In this document: piece by piece, positions 6,740 through 16,388 of the stretch
Position numbering within the stretch: position 1 is the stretch's first letter
Layout: every line of letters begins with the position of its first letter
Virus genome (UHGV): UHGV-0140091
Strand: one strand, 5' to 3'
Source: a virus
DNA: 35,268 nt
The notes under the pieces: generated by a model
Databases searched by the model: none
Told to the model about the DNA's origin: nothing
The model's input: the letters and a program-made list of their open reading frames with translations, nothing else
Position numbers and translations under genes: made by a program

Positions 6740-7138
6740 ATGAAACTTTGGGCTAGTGACTTTGGAACTTTTAAGTACACTCGTAATGGCTCGCTTGTAC
6801 GCATTGTCGGGAACAATGTGGTTTCAAGAGGTGACAAAGTATATACACGGTTTACTGTAGAGCTTGTTGAACTGTCACCTATTGAGTCTGTGAACAATGG
6901 CCTGTTCAAGTTTGAGACTTACAATGTCAACGAACATGGGCAATTCAACCCTCTTGGTGAAAGTGGACTTGATATTATTTCAGAGCACCCATTGACAAAA
7001 GAGCAACTCGCAAGTTATTATAAAACTGTTCTGGAAAGGCAGTTAGCAACACATGAACAAGAAGCTAACTATCATTTACAACATTGCGAAGCTTTAAGAG
7101 CAAAAATAGAACAAGCAGAGAGAGGTTTTTATGAATAA
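6740..7138 (+). CDS. hypothetical protein
   Basis: 132-aa ORF; GGAG upstream of the ATG; stop overlaps the next start. Confidence 0.6.
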   Translation: MKLWASDFGTFKYTRNGSLVRIVGNNVVSRGDKVYTRFTVELVELSPIESVNNGLFKFETYNVNEHGQFNPLGESGLDIISEHPLTKEQLASYYKTVLERQLATHEQEANYHLQHCEALRAKIEQAERGFYE

Positions 7139-7520
7139 AGAGATTCAAGTAAAAGTTGACACCTTTGGCCATGATGGTCGAGAAGATGCTGGACTTGCTG
7201 ACGCAGTGATTTTTGAGTGTAATGGGAATATTAGTCTTCGCTTTACAGGCTCAGGTAGCACCCTTCGCAGAATGCGAGATGATGCAGATGGTTGCCCTGT
7301 ATTTGGCTGGTATGACATGGAGTTTCCTCTTTACGCCATCCATTATCCAGATGGTGGAGAAGACTGGACAACTCAATCAATCCGCGATGAGCTTAATGGC
7401 ATTCCAGTTGAGCAAGAAGAGCAAGAGCCTGTTGAACTCACCTTCACTTTTATCAAAGAAGAGAAAGTTGGTGATTTGTCTGTAACTGAAGCAATTCAAG
7501 TCTCACAGGTTGTTCGTTAA
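7131..7520 (+). CDS. hypothetical acidic protein
   Basis: 129-aa ORF with start and stop overlapping its neighbours. Confidence 0.6.
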   Translation: MNKEIQVKVDTFGHDGREDAGLADAVIFECNGNISLRFTGSGSTLRRMRDDADGCPVFGWYDMEFPLYAIHYPDGGEDWTTQSIRDELNGIPVEQEEQEPVELTFTFIKEEKVGDLSVTEAIQVSQVVR

Positions 7521-7813
7521 TGAGTAAAGTACAGGTTGTTTTCCCTATTTGTGACTTCTCACTAGAGCGTGAACTTGACCTGTACGAAGAAATTACTGAC
7601 GAAATTATCTGGTCTGTTGTAGAAGAGGCTATCAAGAAGCTGTATGGTGGCCTCTTAAATCCATCAAGTAAGAAGTTAAGCACTAAGCAAGTAGCTGACC
7701 CATATGTTTCATACGATGCCTGCAACAAGCCTTTTGAAAATACCTGCTTTGACCTTATGGTAGGTAATAACAAAGTCAACTATTTCTTCGTCAGAGAGTT
7801 TAACGATGAGTAA
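7520..7813 (+). CDS. hypothetical protein
   Basis: 97-aa ORF, overlapping start/stop. Confidence 0.6.
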   Translation: MSKVQVVFPICDFSLERELDLYEEITDEIIWSVVEEAIKKLYGGLLNPSSKKLSTKQVADPYVSYDACNKPFENTCFDLMVGNNKVNYFFVREFNDE

Positions 7814-8150
7814 GCTCCATGTCACAGTTTACAAAAACTTCTCAGATATCAAAGAGTCTTTAACAAACAAGCTTGATATGCAACGGAAAAGACTCTTTTT
7901 AATGTATGACATAGACAACTACAACCATCCTAAAGAGTTTAACTACAAAGATGGTACAAAGGTTGTTGAGTTTGAAGATTCTGTGACGGTGTATGTAAAA
8001 TATGACTTACCAGCAAAGTATATAGGGATGTTAGAGTACTATATATTCAAACATACAGGTATGCGTGGTGAATCTGTCAAGATATCTTCTATAGAAGTTT
8101 TTGAGAAACCTAACACACAACTTAAAAAGTATTTAATGAGGAAACTGTAA
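7806..8150 (+). CDS. hypothetical protein
   Basis: 114-aa ORF, overlapping start/stop. Confidence 0.6.
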   Translation: MSKLHVTVYKNFSDIKESLTNKLDMQRKRLFLMYDIDNYNHPKEFNYKDGTKVVEFEDSVTVYVKYDLPAKYIGMLEYYIFKHTGMRGESVKISSIEVFEKPNTQLKKYLMRKL

Positions 8151-8740
8151 TGTCCGAAGAGCAACAGAATATTACTCCACAAGTAACACTAGTCCAACAT
8201 TTTGGAAACATTGAAGGGTGTGTTGCACTTTTTCAACCAAGTATCAATTCTCCTGCAAAAGTCTGTAAGTTGACTATGAATGTTAACAACATCAGTGTTT
8301 GCCTTGTTGAAGAAGTACAATACTTCAAATTCAATGACAGAGAAGTTGATGCTGCACTATTGAAGTATCGAGCAAGCCTCGAAAAAGACATTGACCATAA
8401 AGAGCTTGTCACACTGTTTGGTGACCTACACAAGCTTCTTGAAAAGGTTATTAAGCGTACATACTACATGAACAATGGTTCAATCATCACAACTTTGATT
8501 TCTCCATGTATCTCAGAGCCAATTCTGACTGATGAAGGTGGATACTACGTAGTGGCATCAGCAGATTCTGATTGGTGGATGAAAAATACAGCACTTAAGA
8601 CGGTTATTGAGGCTATTCGTGAGCATATCCCTTCATTCAGCCCGTGGAAAGGTAAAGGTGATGACTTTATCGCACTATTGAGTGAAGAAAGTAGCAAACG
8701 CAGTGCATTAATGCCTAAGAAGTACTCTTGCCGAGTATAA
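8150..8740 (+). CDS. hypothetical protein
   Basis: 196-aa ORF. Confidence 0.6.
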   Translation: MSEEQQNITPQVTLVQHFGNIEGCVALFQPSINSPAKVCKLTMNVNNISVCLVEEVQYFKFNDREVDAALLKYRASLEKDIDHKELVTLFGDLHKLLEKVIKRTYYMNNGSIITTLISPCISEPILTDEGGYYVVASADSDWWMKNTALKTVIEAIREHIPSFSPWKGKGDDFIALLSEESSKRSALMPKKYSCRV

Positions 8741-8812
8741 AATATTGACTATAATGGGAGCTATCGAGAGGTAGTTCCCTTTTTAGCTTCTTAAGAAGAT
8801 GCGTGGTGAAAA

Positions 8813-9031
8813 ATGAAAAAACTAACTACAGTTGAAGATTACTACAAACTGTCCTTGTTAGAGCAGTATCGTAGGAGCCAGAATATCAGAAAATGCTATG
8901 GTAAACACGCTGAAGGTGACTTTTACCGTTGCTACGATGCAGATTTAAAAGGTGTAACACCTAGAGGGAAAGTCCTGCAAAGACTTGTTGACCTTGAGTG
9001 GAACAAACGATTGAGAGGGGTTGGGAAATGA
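8813..9031 (+). CDS. hypothetical protein
   Basis: 72-aa ORF. Confidence 0.45.
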   Translation: MKKLTTVEDYYKLSLLEQYRRSQNIRKCYGKHAEGDFYRCYDADLKGVTPRGKVLQRLVDLEWNKRLRGVGK

Positions 9032-9531
9032 TTTACGAAGAAAGATACAAGATAGATTATCAGAAGACTGGTCATCACACTTCACTAAGAGTAACCAAAC
9101 CAAATGGGGATACTGGTATCATAGCACATTTTGGTGGTGATTATTGGTACGGTACAGGTTGCTTTGAAGGCTACACTCAAGAATACTTAAAAGCTTTCTA
9201 CAGAGACTTTACAAATGACTACAACAGGGTTGTTGAAGAGAAGAATAAGTGCATTAAGCATGAATACCATGCCAGAGGTTGTCTGAATATTGTTATGATA
9301 CTGGTTTTCTTCTTAGCAACATTACTAGCCGTATCAGCAATCAGCTACATAGCTCAAGATTTGACCATTACACAGATTACTGCAAAGGTACATGATGTTT
9401 GGTACTTGTATGCTGTTCCTTTAGCTGGTATCATCATCTCACTAATGAGGTTCAGAGTTCATAAGAAACGACTTAAGGACTCTGAGGTTAAACTTGAAGA
9501 GGTAAGTAAAGAATGCAACCTACAATTATAG
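8998..9531 (+). CDS. hypothetical membrane protein
   Basis: 177 aa with hydrophobic segments IVMILVFFLATLLAVSAISYI and YLYAVPLAGIIISL. Confidence 0.55.
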   Translation: MEQTIERGWEMIYEERYKIDYQKTGHHTSLRVTKPNGDTGIIAHFGGDYWYGTGCFEGYTQEYLKAFYRDFTNDYNRVVEEKNKCIKHEYHARGCLNIVMILVFFLATLLAVSAISYIAQDLTITQITAKVHDVWYLYAVPLAGIIISLMRFRVHKKRLKDSEVKLEEVSKECNLQL

Positions 9532-9607
9532 CTGTCTGTGTTCGTTTTGCAATCGCTGAAATGATTAACAAGGCAATCTTAAAAGATGCCTATGGAGAGA
9601 CTAAGTA

Positions 9608-9832
9608 ATGATTAAGACACCTGTACCAATTTTTGGATTTCCTTCTATAGAAGAGTTTAAAGTTTATCTTGACAAAAACTTCTACAATGAGCAGCCTGTT
9701 ACTTTGCTGAAGAGTGACTTATCAGAGCTTCTTGATATGGTTATCAAGGCAACTTCTGAGAAGGAACCTGAACAGAAAGCTGAGAAGAAGACTAGTAAGA
9801 AATCCGATAAGAAGACTGAAAAGTCTGAGTAA
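9608..9832 (+). CDS. hypothetical protein with lysine-rich C-terminus
   Basis: 74-aa ORF. Confidence 0.5.
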   Translation: MIKTPVPIFGFPSIEEFKVYLDKNFYNEQPVTLLKSDLSELLDMVIKATSEKEPEQKAEKKTSKKSDKKTEKSE

Positions 9833-9884
9833 TAACTTAGGGGTTACTTGATAGCCCTTTGTAGAAACTTAGAAGGTAGCGAAT

Positions 9885-10313
9885 ATGCAAATCATAGCTG
9901 GTCAAGAACTTGACATCATAGATGCAAAAACACAGAAGTATATCGCAACAGTGAAGGCTCTAGGAGTCAGGGATTGGGATACTGAATACCCCATTCAATG
10001 CCTTGTACTGGAAAAGTTTAAAGTTAATGGTATACACTTTTACCACGGTAACTACATCAGTTTTAACAAAGAGGGCTATTGGCGTGGCAGTGACCATCCT
10101 CAAGCAAATGATTTTGATATGCGTCTAGTGATACCACAAAAAGGTAACCAACAAAACGTAAAAGATATCCTTGTAGAAGCCTATGCAGAAGGTATAATAG
10201 ATGTTGTGAATGATGTTGAAAAAGTTTTAAAACTCATCATGCCACATTTAGAATCTGGAAAGCTGACTTTAGAGATGCTTAATAGGGTTATTCGGAGAGC
10301 TTATGAAAATTAA
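9885..10313 (+). CDS. hypothetical protein
   Basis: 142-aa ORF. Confidence 0.6.
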   Translation: MQIIAGQELDIIDAKTQKYIATVKALGVRDWDTEYPIQCLVLEKFKVNGIHFYHGNYISFNKEGYWRGSDHPQANDFDMRLVIPQKGNQQNVKDILVEAYAEGIIDVVNDVEKVLKLIMPHLESGKLTLEMLNRVIRRAYEN

Positions 10314-10767
10314 AGAAGTAGTGCAAAGAGCAATGCTTGACAATTCTACTAAAGATGAGATGTACACAGAAATTTGTGATAAGTTGAACTGCTCAAGACA
10401 TGCTGCTAAGGTTCTTGTACATTGTTTTATTTGGGAATGCTCAGAAGCCTATATGAAACACGTAGCTTTTGAGAGTTCTCATTTACTCGGTGATGTAAAA
10501 ATAGGTGTAGCACTAAAAGAGCCTGAGATGAAAACAGTACCTAAGGTTGGTAATGTGTATAAATTAAAAAATTTTATTACAGGCGAGATTGTTGCAGAAG
10601 GTGAAGTGCAACAGGTTTATCATGATGGTAAATATCTGTTTAAGATATTCGAGTATGATAGTCGTTACAGACACTTATGTGGTATTACATTTTTAGTTTC
10701 AGAGGATGACCTCATCAAGAACAATAGTAATAAATTCGCAGTACCAGAATATCAAGTTTTACGATAA
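10303..10767 (+). CDS. hypothetical protein
   Basis: 154-aa ORF. Confidence 0.6.
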   Translation: MKIKEVVQRAMLDNSTKDEMYTEICDKLNCSRHAAKVLVHCFIWECSEAYMKHVAFESSHLLGDVKIGVALKEPEMKTVPKVGNVYKLKNFITGEIVAEGEVQQVYHDGKYLFKIFEYDSRYRHLCGITFLVSEDDLIKNNSNKFAVPEYQVLR

Positions 10768-10780
10768 TGGTGTGATATCT

Positions 10781-11329
10781 ATGGAAAAAGATAACTTAAA
10801 AGAAGTTGAAGGTAACTACCTAGTACTTGACTGGAGTGATGTTCGAGAAGCACTCTCCGAAGAAAATCTTGACTGGTTCGAACAAATTATCTTTGCAGTA
10901 CGGCATAATAGAGAAGTTGAAAATGGTAAAGAGCCACTTGAAGGAATCTTTGTAGAAAGGTCTTATCCGTTCTATGAAGACACTTTGCAGAAAGTTAAGA
11001 TGTACTTTAGGCAGAAGAACCGTAAAGTGGTCACTATGGTATCTCTTGGTGGACAGAGTATGTCTGTGATGGAAGATATCAATCCTAAGAGACCGAGTAA
11101 AGGTGTTTGTATAAAAATCACAGGTCATGAAGAGTATATCTCAGCAAGTGATTTTAGTGTATTCTGTAATGGTTCTGCTGTCTTTAATGGGTTTCACTAT
11201 GATATCCGAGTGTATCCAATCAAGGGAGATGATATCATGATGCAGGTATTTGATAACAACAACGGATTCACTCATTTTTATCAGACAACCAAGTCATCAT
11301 TAAAAACAGTTCTTGAAACACTGATTTAA
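10781..11329 (+). CDS. hypothetical protein
   Basis: Tracked ORF 10706-11329 overlaps the previous gene by 62 nt; the internal ATG at 10781, just after the upstream stop, is the more likely start. Confidence 0.55.
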   Translation: MEKDNLKEVEGNYLVLDWSDVREALSEENLDWFEQIIFAVRHNREVENGKEPLEGIFVERSYPFYEDTLQKVKMYFRQKNRKVVTMVSLGGQSMSVMEDINPKRPSKGVCIKITGHEEYISASDFSVFCNGSAVFNGFHYDIRVYPIKGDDIMMQVFDNNNGFTHFYQTTKSSLKTVLETLI

Positions 11330-11340
11330 AATATCTTAAT

Positions 11341-11367
11341 AGCCTCCTTAATTGGGGGCTTTTTATT
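11341..11367 (+). terminator. rho-independent terminator closing the plus-strand block
   Basis: AGCCTCC...GGGGGCT hairpin followed by TTTTTATT. Confidence 0.65.
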
Positions 11368-11375
11368 GAGTAAAA

Positions 11376-12923
11376 TTTACGAAATTTATATTTTTTATAA
11401 AATTTTATCGGTTGTCCCAACCTCTGGGTCACCATCATATGTGAACAAAATATCTATCCTTCTTAACAACCTTTTTAATCTTACTCTCTATATAGTTATA
11501 TAGTACTATATAGTATCTTAGTAACTACCTAGTGGTCTTAATAGCCCCTCTGTATAATCCTTCTAACAAGCCCTCTAACAAGCCTTCTTAACAACCTATA
11601 CAATCACCTTAACCATCTCTCTATACACTCTTAGAAGCTCCTATACACCTCTTAATCTCTATGTCAGCTATGACACTCTCTATAGGTGTTCACTAGGTGC
11701 TACTAAGCCTCTATATAGACTGTTTTAACAAACTTAACAGGAATATCTTTACAGGCCTTATCTCACAAGGTCTAACACGGTACTAACAAGGTATCTTATA
11801 AGCCTGTTATCACCTGTATTTTAGAAAGACTGTATAGGTAATTATTCAGATTTTTAAAATTTTTATAAAATAGGACTATCAAGTCATTTTTTAGGGTCTT
11901 TGAAGGAACTGAAAAATATCTGTAGAAGATGTATATCTGCTTGGTAGCCCTTAACAGCTCCCTTACAAGTACTTTGCAAAATTTTAAAATATCCTTAACA
12001 ATCTCTTAACAGTTCTCACATCTTCTTAACAACTCTTCAAAGGTCTTAACAGATTCTTAACAGAACTAACAAGGACGTAACAGTTTCTTAACAGTTGATA
12101 CATAGTCTTTACAGAATCTTAACAGATGACTAACAAGAGCTAACAAGTTAATTTTTAAGAGTTATTTTGTTAAGATAATTAACAAGTTCCTAACAAGTGT
12201 TTAATCTTTTTAACAAGCTGTTAACATGGTCACTACTCTTTTCTTATCGTTCCCTTTGCTTCTTAGTGATTCTTTAAACATACCTCTTAAAAGCCCTCTA
12301 TAGCTCCTTGTAAGCTCTTTTAAGTCTCTTCCTAGTATTTACCCCCCAACTGTACAGATAGCTCTTTATAGGGCTTTACAGGAGCTTTAAAGGCTATGTC
12401 AAAGACTCTTACAAGGCTTTTACGTGGTCTTAACAGAGATTTAACAAGGGGCTAACAAGTTGCTAACAAGTCTCTAACAAGCATAACTATGTAGGGATTG
12501 TTAAGAAATTGTTAAGAAAATGTTAAGGGGGCTAGCATTTACGTAACTTTTAAGCAACTTTGAAGTAACTTTATAGCCCCTATAACATACTTTTAAGACA
12601 CTAACAAGCCCTTTTTAGATATTCACAAGATAGCTAATGAGATGATAAAGCTTATAACCTTATAAGATTCTTTTAAGCCTCTATAAAGCCCTGTAAAGAG
12701 CTTTTTAAGGTTGGTTAATGCAATCCCTTAAGTTAGGTTGATAAGGCTGTTATAGAGCTTTATAGAGCGTTTAAATGGGCCATCCCCTTTCTGGGGTTAT
12801 TGGCTTTTATTTAAGTTGATTTGATAAAAGGTTATAGAGTAGACTATAGAGTTATTGCTTTTAAGGTCTGATAAGATTCTGGAAAGGTGAGGGAAAGGGA
12901 TTGTATAAGGATTCAATAGACGT
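11376..12923. repeat. ORF-free island of short phased repeats
   Basis: ~1.55 kb with no ORF of 60 aa or more. Dozens of CTTAACA(A/G) / CTAACAAG heptamers, many 10-12 bp apart, plus a second family CT(C/T)TATAG / CTTTACAG. Bounded by convergent terminators. Confidence 0.6.
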
Positions 12924-12949
12924 AAAAAAGCCCCTTTAAATAGGGGCTG
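12924..12949 (-). terminator. rho-independent terminator closing the minus-strand block
   Basis: Minus strand AGCCCCT-ATTTAA-AGGGGCT hairpin followed by TTTTTT; a second hairpin GGGGCT-ATTT-AGCCCC lies at 12961-12976. Confidence 0.65.
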
Positions 12950-12986
12950 TTGAGGTATCTGGGGCTATTTAGCCCCGTTGCGTCGA

Positions 12987-13235
12987 TTAGTTATAATCTT
13001 GTTTGTTGTAGTACAGGGAGACGATTTTTTCTCCCCAATAGTGATAAGTATAACCATCCTTGAGAACTTCTTGTTTTGTTTCCTCCCAGAACTCATCCGA
13101 AGGATTATAATCTTTGATGGTCTGACTGATAAGACCTTTCACCATTACAAAGGCGTTATCAGTACCTGCAATGTCAAATTTAACATCCAGAGAGGAAAAA
13201 CCGAACTCGTTAACAGTAGCGCGGATAGTTGCCAT
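12987..13235 (-). CDS. hypothetical small protein
   Basis: 82-aa ORF directly preceded by the conserved repeat with AGGAGA ribosome-binding site. Confidence 0.6.
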   Translation of the reverse strand: MATIRATVNEFGFSSLDVKFDIAGTDNAFVMVKGLISQTIKDYNPSDEFWEETKQEVLKDGYTYHYWGEKIVSLYYNKQDYN

Positions 13236-13301
13236 TTTTGAATCTCCTAGTTTAAGGGTTTTATTTAGTGGGGAGGTTATCGCCTCCCGTTGATTAGTAA
13301 T
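13236..13301 (-). repeat. conserved intergenic repeat (PeSL-like), hairpin variant 1
   Basis: TTTTGAATCTCCTAGTTTAAGG core plus hairpin GGGAGG-TTATCG-CCTCCC and GTTGATT. Confidence 0.7.
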
Positions 13302-13565
13302 TTACTGCATGTTGGCGTATGTTGCAAGCCTTTTTTCGTTGTATTTTGTCAGAATCTCACAAGATAAAACATCATATTTTGTAACCGCTTTGCCTTTGTC
13401 GAGGTCAAAGAATCCGAACGCTTTACCGTCTTTGAATCCGACAACTTCGTAAGATTCTTTAATGATTTCACCATTGAACAAATCACTTTCGATGCGGTGG
13501 AATAATGCTACATCCTCTTTGTCGGTTGCAATTTGTAAAAGTGTGGTCAGTTCGACGTGTTCCAT
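13302..13565 (-). CDS. hypothetical small protein
   Basis: 87-aa ORF preceded by the conserved repeat. Confidence 0.6.
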   Translation of the reverse strand: MEHVELTTLLQIATDKEDVALFHRIESDLFNGEIIKESYEVVGFKDGKAFGFFDLDKGKAVTKYDVLSCEILTKYNEKRLATYANMQ

Positions 13566-13630
13566 TTTGAATCTCCAGTTTAGGATTTTATTTAGTGGGG
13601 AAGGTCATTCCCTCCCCGTTGATTGACAAT
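13566..13630 (-). repeat. conserved intergenic repeat (PeSL-like), variant 1
   Basis: Same core; hairpin GGGGAAGG-TCATT-CCCTCCCC; near-identical to the copies at 14724 and 18468. Confidence 0.7.
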
Positions 13631-14161
13631 TTACAGATTTTTGATTGTCTCGTCAATATCTTTTTCAATATCTTTTAAAGTTTTTTCTAAGTTCTTGATA
13701 TTGAACGTTAAACCTTCACCGAGAGTCTTATGGTGACCATTAGGTCTATGTTCATAGAGTTCGATTTCTTCCACATTGGATAAGTTTACCATCTCACCAT
13801 TTGCAGCATAGGCTATTGACACAGTATTTTCAGGTGCGTCGTAAAACTTGTTTAAGGACTTGATAGAACGTTCATAAGCCATTTTATAGCTGTTTAAAAG
13901 GTTTTTAACGTGGCTGTGAACGTTTTTACACTCATCTAAGTAAAGACCTAAAAACATCGGGAGAAGTTCCGCGACAGCTTGCATAAAGTGAGAGACTACA
14001 ACGGTTGCAACATTACGACGATGAACGTAATAAGCCCCGTTTTCTGATTTGGTAATGGTTGCAAAGTGTACCCCATTACAACGAAATTCATAGGTATCTT
14101 TAACAGGTTTAGACATTACATTATTTGAACGAATATAGTTGATAGCTTTGAACTTGTTCAT
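13631..14161 (-). CDS. hypothetical protein
   Basis: 176-aa ORF preceded by the conserved repeat. Confidence 0.6.
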   Translation of the reverse strand: MNKFKAINYIRSNNVMSKPVKDTYEFRCNGVHFATITKSENGAYYVHRRNVATVVVSHFMQAVAELLPMFLGLYLDECKNVHSHVKNLLNSYKMAYERSIKSLNKFYDAPENTVSIAYAANGEMVNLSNVEEIELYEHRPNGHHKTLGEGLTFNIKNLEKTLKDIEKDIDETIKNL

Positions 14162-14233
14162 TTTAGAATCTCCTAGTTTAAGGACTTTACTTAGTAGGGA
14201 GGTTATCCCTCCCGTTGATTAGTAATTTACTTG
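14162..14233 (-). repeat. conserved intergenic repeat (PeSL-like), variant 1
   Basis: Core plus hairpin GGGAGG-TTATC-CCTCCC. Confidence 0.7.
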
Positions 14234-14381
14234 TTTTGATAGCTGATTGCAAGCAATTTTTTAAGTTTATCTATAAAGAATCTTTTAAGTAAATCCCTTT
14301 TAGATAAACCCCCTCGAACAAATGTACTATTGTCAAGGGGTATCGTCAAGTAATTTTTTAAAGTTTTTTGTAAGTTATTGA

Positions 14382-14723
14382 TTAACTGATGAATATTTTT
14401 TCAGGTTTTACATAGCTGATACGCTGATTTTTTAGTAGGCTATCCCATAACAAGGCGGCAATGTGCCCATATCCGGCCTCACGCAGCCCCTTCATCGTTT
14501 CAACTCGACTCTCAAAACGATTTGCGTAATACTCGCTATTAAGTGTCGTTTTGTTCCCTTCGTTATCTGTATGGATGATTTGCATCACTTGAAAGGGGCT
14601 GACATCCTCGCCTTTGTTCCACTGCTCAAAGTATTTTAGGCACTGCATAGGTGACATCTTATCACTTACTTGAGTTGACCAAGATGAATCTTCTTTATCG
14701 GTAATTACAGTTACATAAGCCAT
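14382..14723 (-). CDS. hypothetical protein
   Basis: 113-aa ORF preceded by the conserved repeat. Confidence 0.6.
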   Translation of the reverse strand: MAYVTVITDKEDSSWSTQVSDKMSPMQCLKYFEQWNKGEDVSPFQVMQIIHTDNEGNKTTLNSEYYANRFESRVETMKGLREAGYGHIAALLWDSLLKNQRISYVKPEKIFIS

Positions 14724-14800
14724 TTTAGAATCTCCTAGTTTAAGGACTTTATTTAGTGGGGAAGGTCATTCCCTCCCCGTTGATTGACAATTTACAGACT
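14724..14800 (-). repeat. conserved intergenic repeat (PeSL-like), variant 1
   Basis: Core plus hairpin GGGGAAGGTCATTCCCTCCCC. Confidence 0.7.
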
Positions 14801-14814
14801 TTTATCAGGCTTGT

Positions 14815-15048
14815 CTAGTCTTTTTCAATGATAATTTCATATTGACCATCGACACTGTCAAAATAGACGCCGTCTTCATCTTCTGTCTTAAAGTAGCATT
14901 GAATATCATCACTGGCGGGATAGTCTTGTCTTGCTATCTGGCAAACTTGAATAGCATTTTCTTTACTCCCTGTAAACTCCTCAAGCCCTTTAAAATCACA
15001 TGAATGACCATTACAAATGGAAAGGATGAGATAAATGGTTGTAAGCAT
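14815..15048 (-). CDS. small hypothetical protein with hydrophobic N-terminus (possible signal peptide)
   Basis: 77 aa starting MLTTIYLILSICNGHSC; GAGGG ribosome-binding site; preceded by a different hairpin (GGCCC-TTTAC-GGGCC) rather than the conserved repeat. Confidence 0.5.
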   Translation of the reverse strand: MLTTIYLILSICNGHSCDFKGLEEFTGSKENAIQVCQIARQDYPASDDIQCYFKTEDEDGVYFDSVDGQYEIIIEKD

Positions 15049-15111
15049 GATTTAAGCCCTCTAAATGGCCCTTTACGGGCCTTAAGTTGGAAGTTGGTGT
15101 CTTTGTACTGA

Positions 15112-15675
15112 TTAACCTAAAAAGTCTTTTAAATTGCGTTCTGTGATGTTTGCCGTGATTTTATCCAGCAGGTCACAAAACACGGAACTATCACCGCTAT
15201 TCTGTACAATTTTCGCCATACTTAACAAATCATCGTCAATATAGCCTAAATTGCGGTTAGTTGCATCTGGTACAAAGAAAGGCGCATACATCGCACTAAA
15301 TTTCGTCGAGTGAAGGCCAATAATCCAATCTTTATCAAAGTGTCCGGTAAAGCTGGCGATATCGCTCATGTTGTCACAAGAATAATCATCCTCTAGCTCT
15401 TCCTCTGGGATATCCATCTCAATGACAATTACGTCCTGCGTTTCCATTTGGAAAGCTGCCGTAATAAGCCCAGATTCTAAAGCGTTTTGAATGCAGCGTT
15501 CACGAATGTAAGAATCTTCCTCATCTTCCAGACATTCCGTTTTGATAATCTTGTTCATTGGGTAAACGTAGAAACAATCATCCATGTATGAGCAGTTCCA
15601 GATTCCTTCCGGCTTGTCGCCACCATTCAGCAGGTTTACAAAGTTTTTGAGGGTAGTTCCGTGATAGCATTTCAT
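15112..15675 (-). CDS. hypothetical acidic protein
   Basis: 187-aa ORF preceded by the conserved repeat. Confidence 0.6.
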   Translation of the reverse strand: MKCYHGTTLKNFVNLLNGGDKPEGIWNCSYMDDCFYVYPMNKIIKTECLEDEEDSYIRERCIQNALESGLITAAFQMETQDVIVIEMDIPEEELEDDYSCDNMSDIASFTGHFDKDWIIGLHSTKFSAMYAPFFVPDATNRNLGYIDDDLLSMAKIVQNSGDSSVFCDLLDKITANITERNLKDFLG

Positions 15676-15764
15676 TTTTGAATCTCCAGTTTAGGATTTA
15701 GTGGTAAAGCTCTTTATCTGGGGCTTACTTTATCGAACTATAAGCCCCTTGTAAAGTACTTTAT
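15676..15764 (-). repeat. conserved intergenic repeat (PeSL-like), variant 2
   Basis: Core plus AGCTCTTTATCTGGGGCTTA...TAAGCCCCTTGTAAAGTACTTTATT. On the minus strand TTTACA-17 nt-TAAAGT overlaps the hairpin. Confidence 0.7.
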
Positions 15765-16010
15765 TTAACTTTTTTTTGAGAAAATTAGTTTAACTGCAAC
15801 TGTAGGAATCTCGTCAGCGGTTGTAACCAGCATTACTTTTTGAGTGACCAACTTATAACCGTTCTTTGCAGCGTATGCGGTAAAACGGTTGACATTGTAA
15901 CTATAAGTTTTTGGTGTGTTGTCTGGCATGTGGTAAAGAAAAGGTTTACCCAAGTTTTCTTCTTGTGTCAATAGTCGGCAGGTATCAGGGATATTGAAAT
16001 AGTTCATCAT
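15765..16010 (-). CDS. hypothetical small protein
   Basis: 81-aa ORF preceded by the conserved repeat. Confidence 0.55.
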   Translation of the reverse strand: MMNYFNIPDTCRLLTQEENLGKPFLYHMPDNTPKTYSYNVNRFTAYAAKNGYKLVTQKVMLVTTADEIPTVAVKLIFSKKS

Positions 16011-16101
16011 TTTTTAATCTCCTAGTTTAAGGACTGTGTAAAGCTCTTTATCTGGGGCTTAAGATATCAGCTTTTAAGCCCCTTGTAAAGTACTTTATTA
16101 C
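16011..16101 (-). repeat. conserved intergenic repeat (PeSL-like), variant 2
   Basis: Variant-2 copy with hairpin GGGGCTTAA-GATATCAGCTTT-TAAGCCCC. Confidence 0.7.
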
Positions 16102-16299
16102 TTAATTTTTGACAACTTTTAAAACTGCAAGATAACCTAAGCAATAAGAATCACCGAAGAGAGTTCTACCCATGAAAGAATCCTCTTTGATATCCTTTGC
16201 AGTGACAGTTTTTTCTACGCCGTGGGAAAGGACTACATCACCAACTTTGATATCTTTGATGTGTGTTGTTTCAATGGTTAAGCCGTTAATAATAGCCAT
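16102..16299 (-). CDS. hypothetical small protein
   Basis: 65-aa ORF preceded by the conserved repeat. Confidence 0.5.
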   Translation of the reverse strand: MAIINGLTIETTHIKDIKVGDVVLSHGVEKTVTAKDIKEDSFMGRTLFGDSYCLGYLAVLKVVKN

Positions 16300-16370
16300 T
16301 TTAGAATCTCCTAGTTTAAGGACTTTATTTAGTAGGGAGGTTATTGCCTCCCCGTTGATGTGTAATTTAA
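16300..16370 (-). repeat. conserved intergenic repeat (PeSL-like), variant 1
   Basis: Core plus hairpin GGGAGG-TTATTG-CCTCCCC. Confidence 0.7.
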
Positions 16371-16388
16371 TCTATCTAAAAATCAGTG

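Noticed and set aside
7213-7485. Plus-strand ORF 7213-7485 and minus-strand ORF 7453-7779
   Set aside because: Nested in other frames within the operon-coupled genes 7131-7520 and 7520-7813, which have overlapping start/stop signals.
11376-12923. CRISPR array as an explanation for the repeat island
   Set aside because: Repeats are 7-8 bp with irregular 10-22 bp spacing and two interleaved families; there are no 25-40 bp constant repeats with unique spacers.
12978-13241. Plus-strand ORF 12978-13241
   Set aside because: It mirrors the minus-strand ORF 12987-13235, which has the conserved upstream repeat with a ribosome-binding site; the minus-strand gene is preferred.
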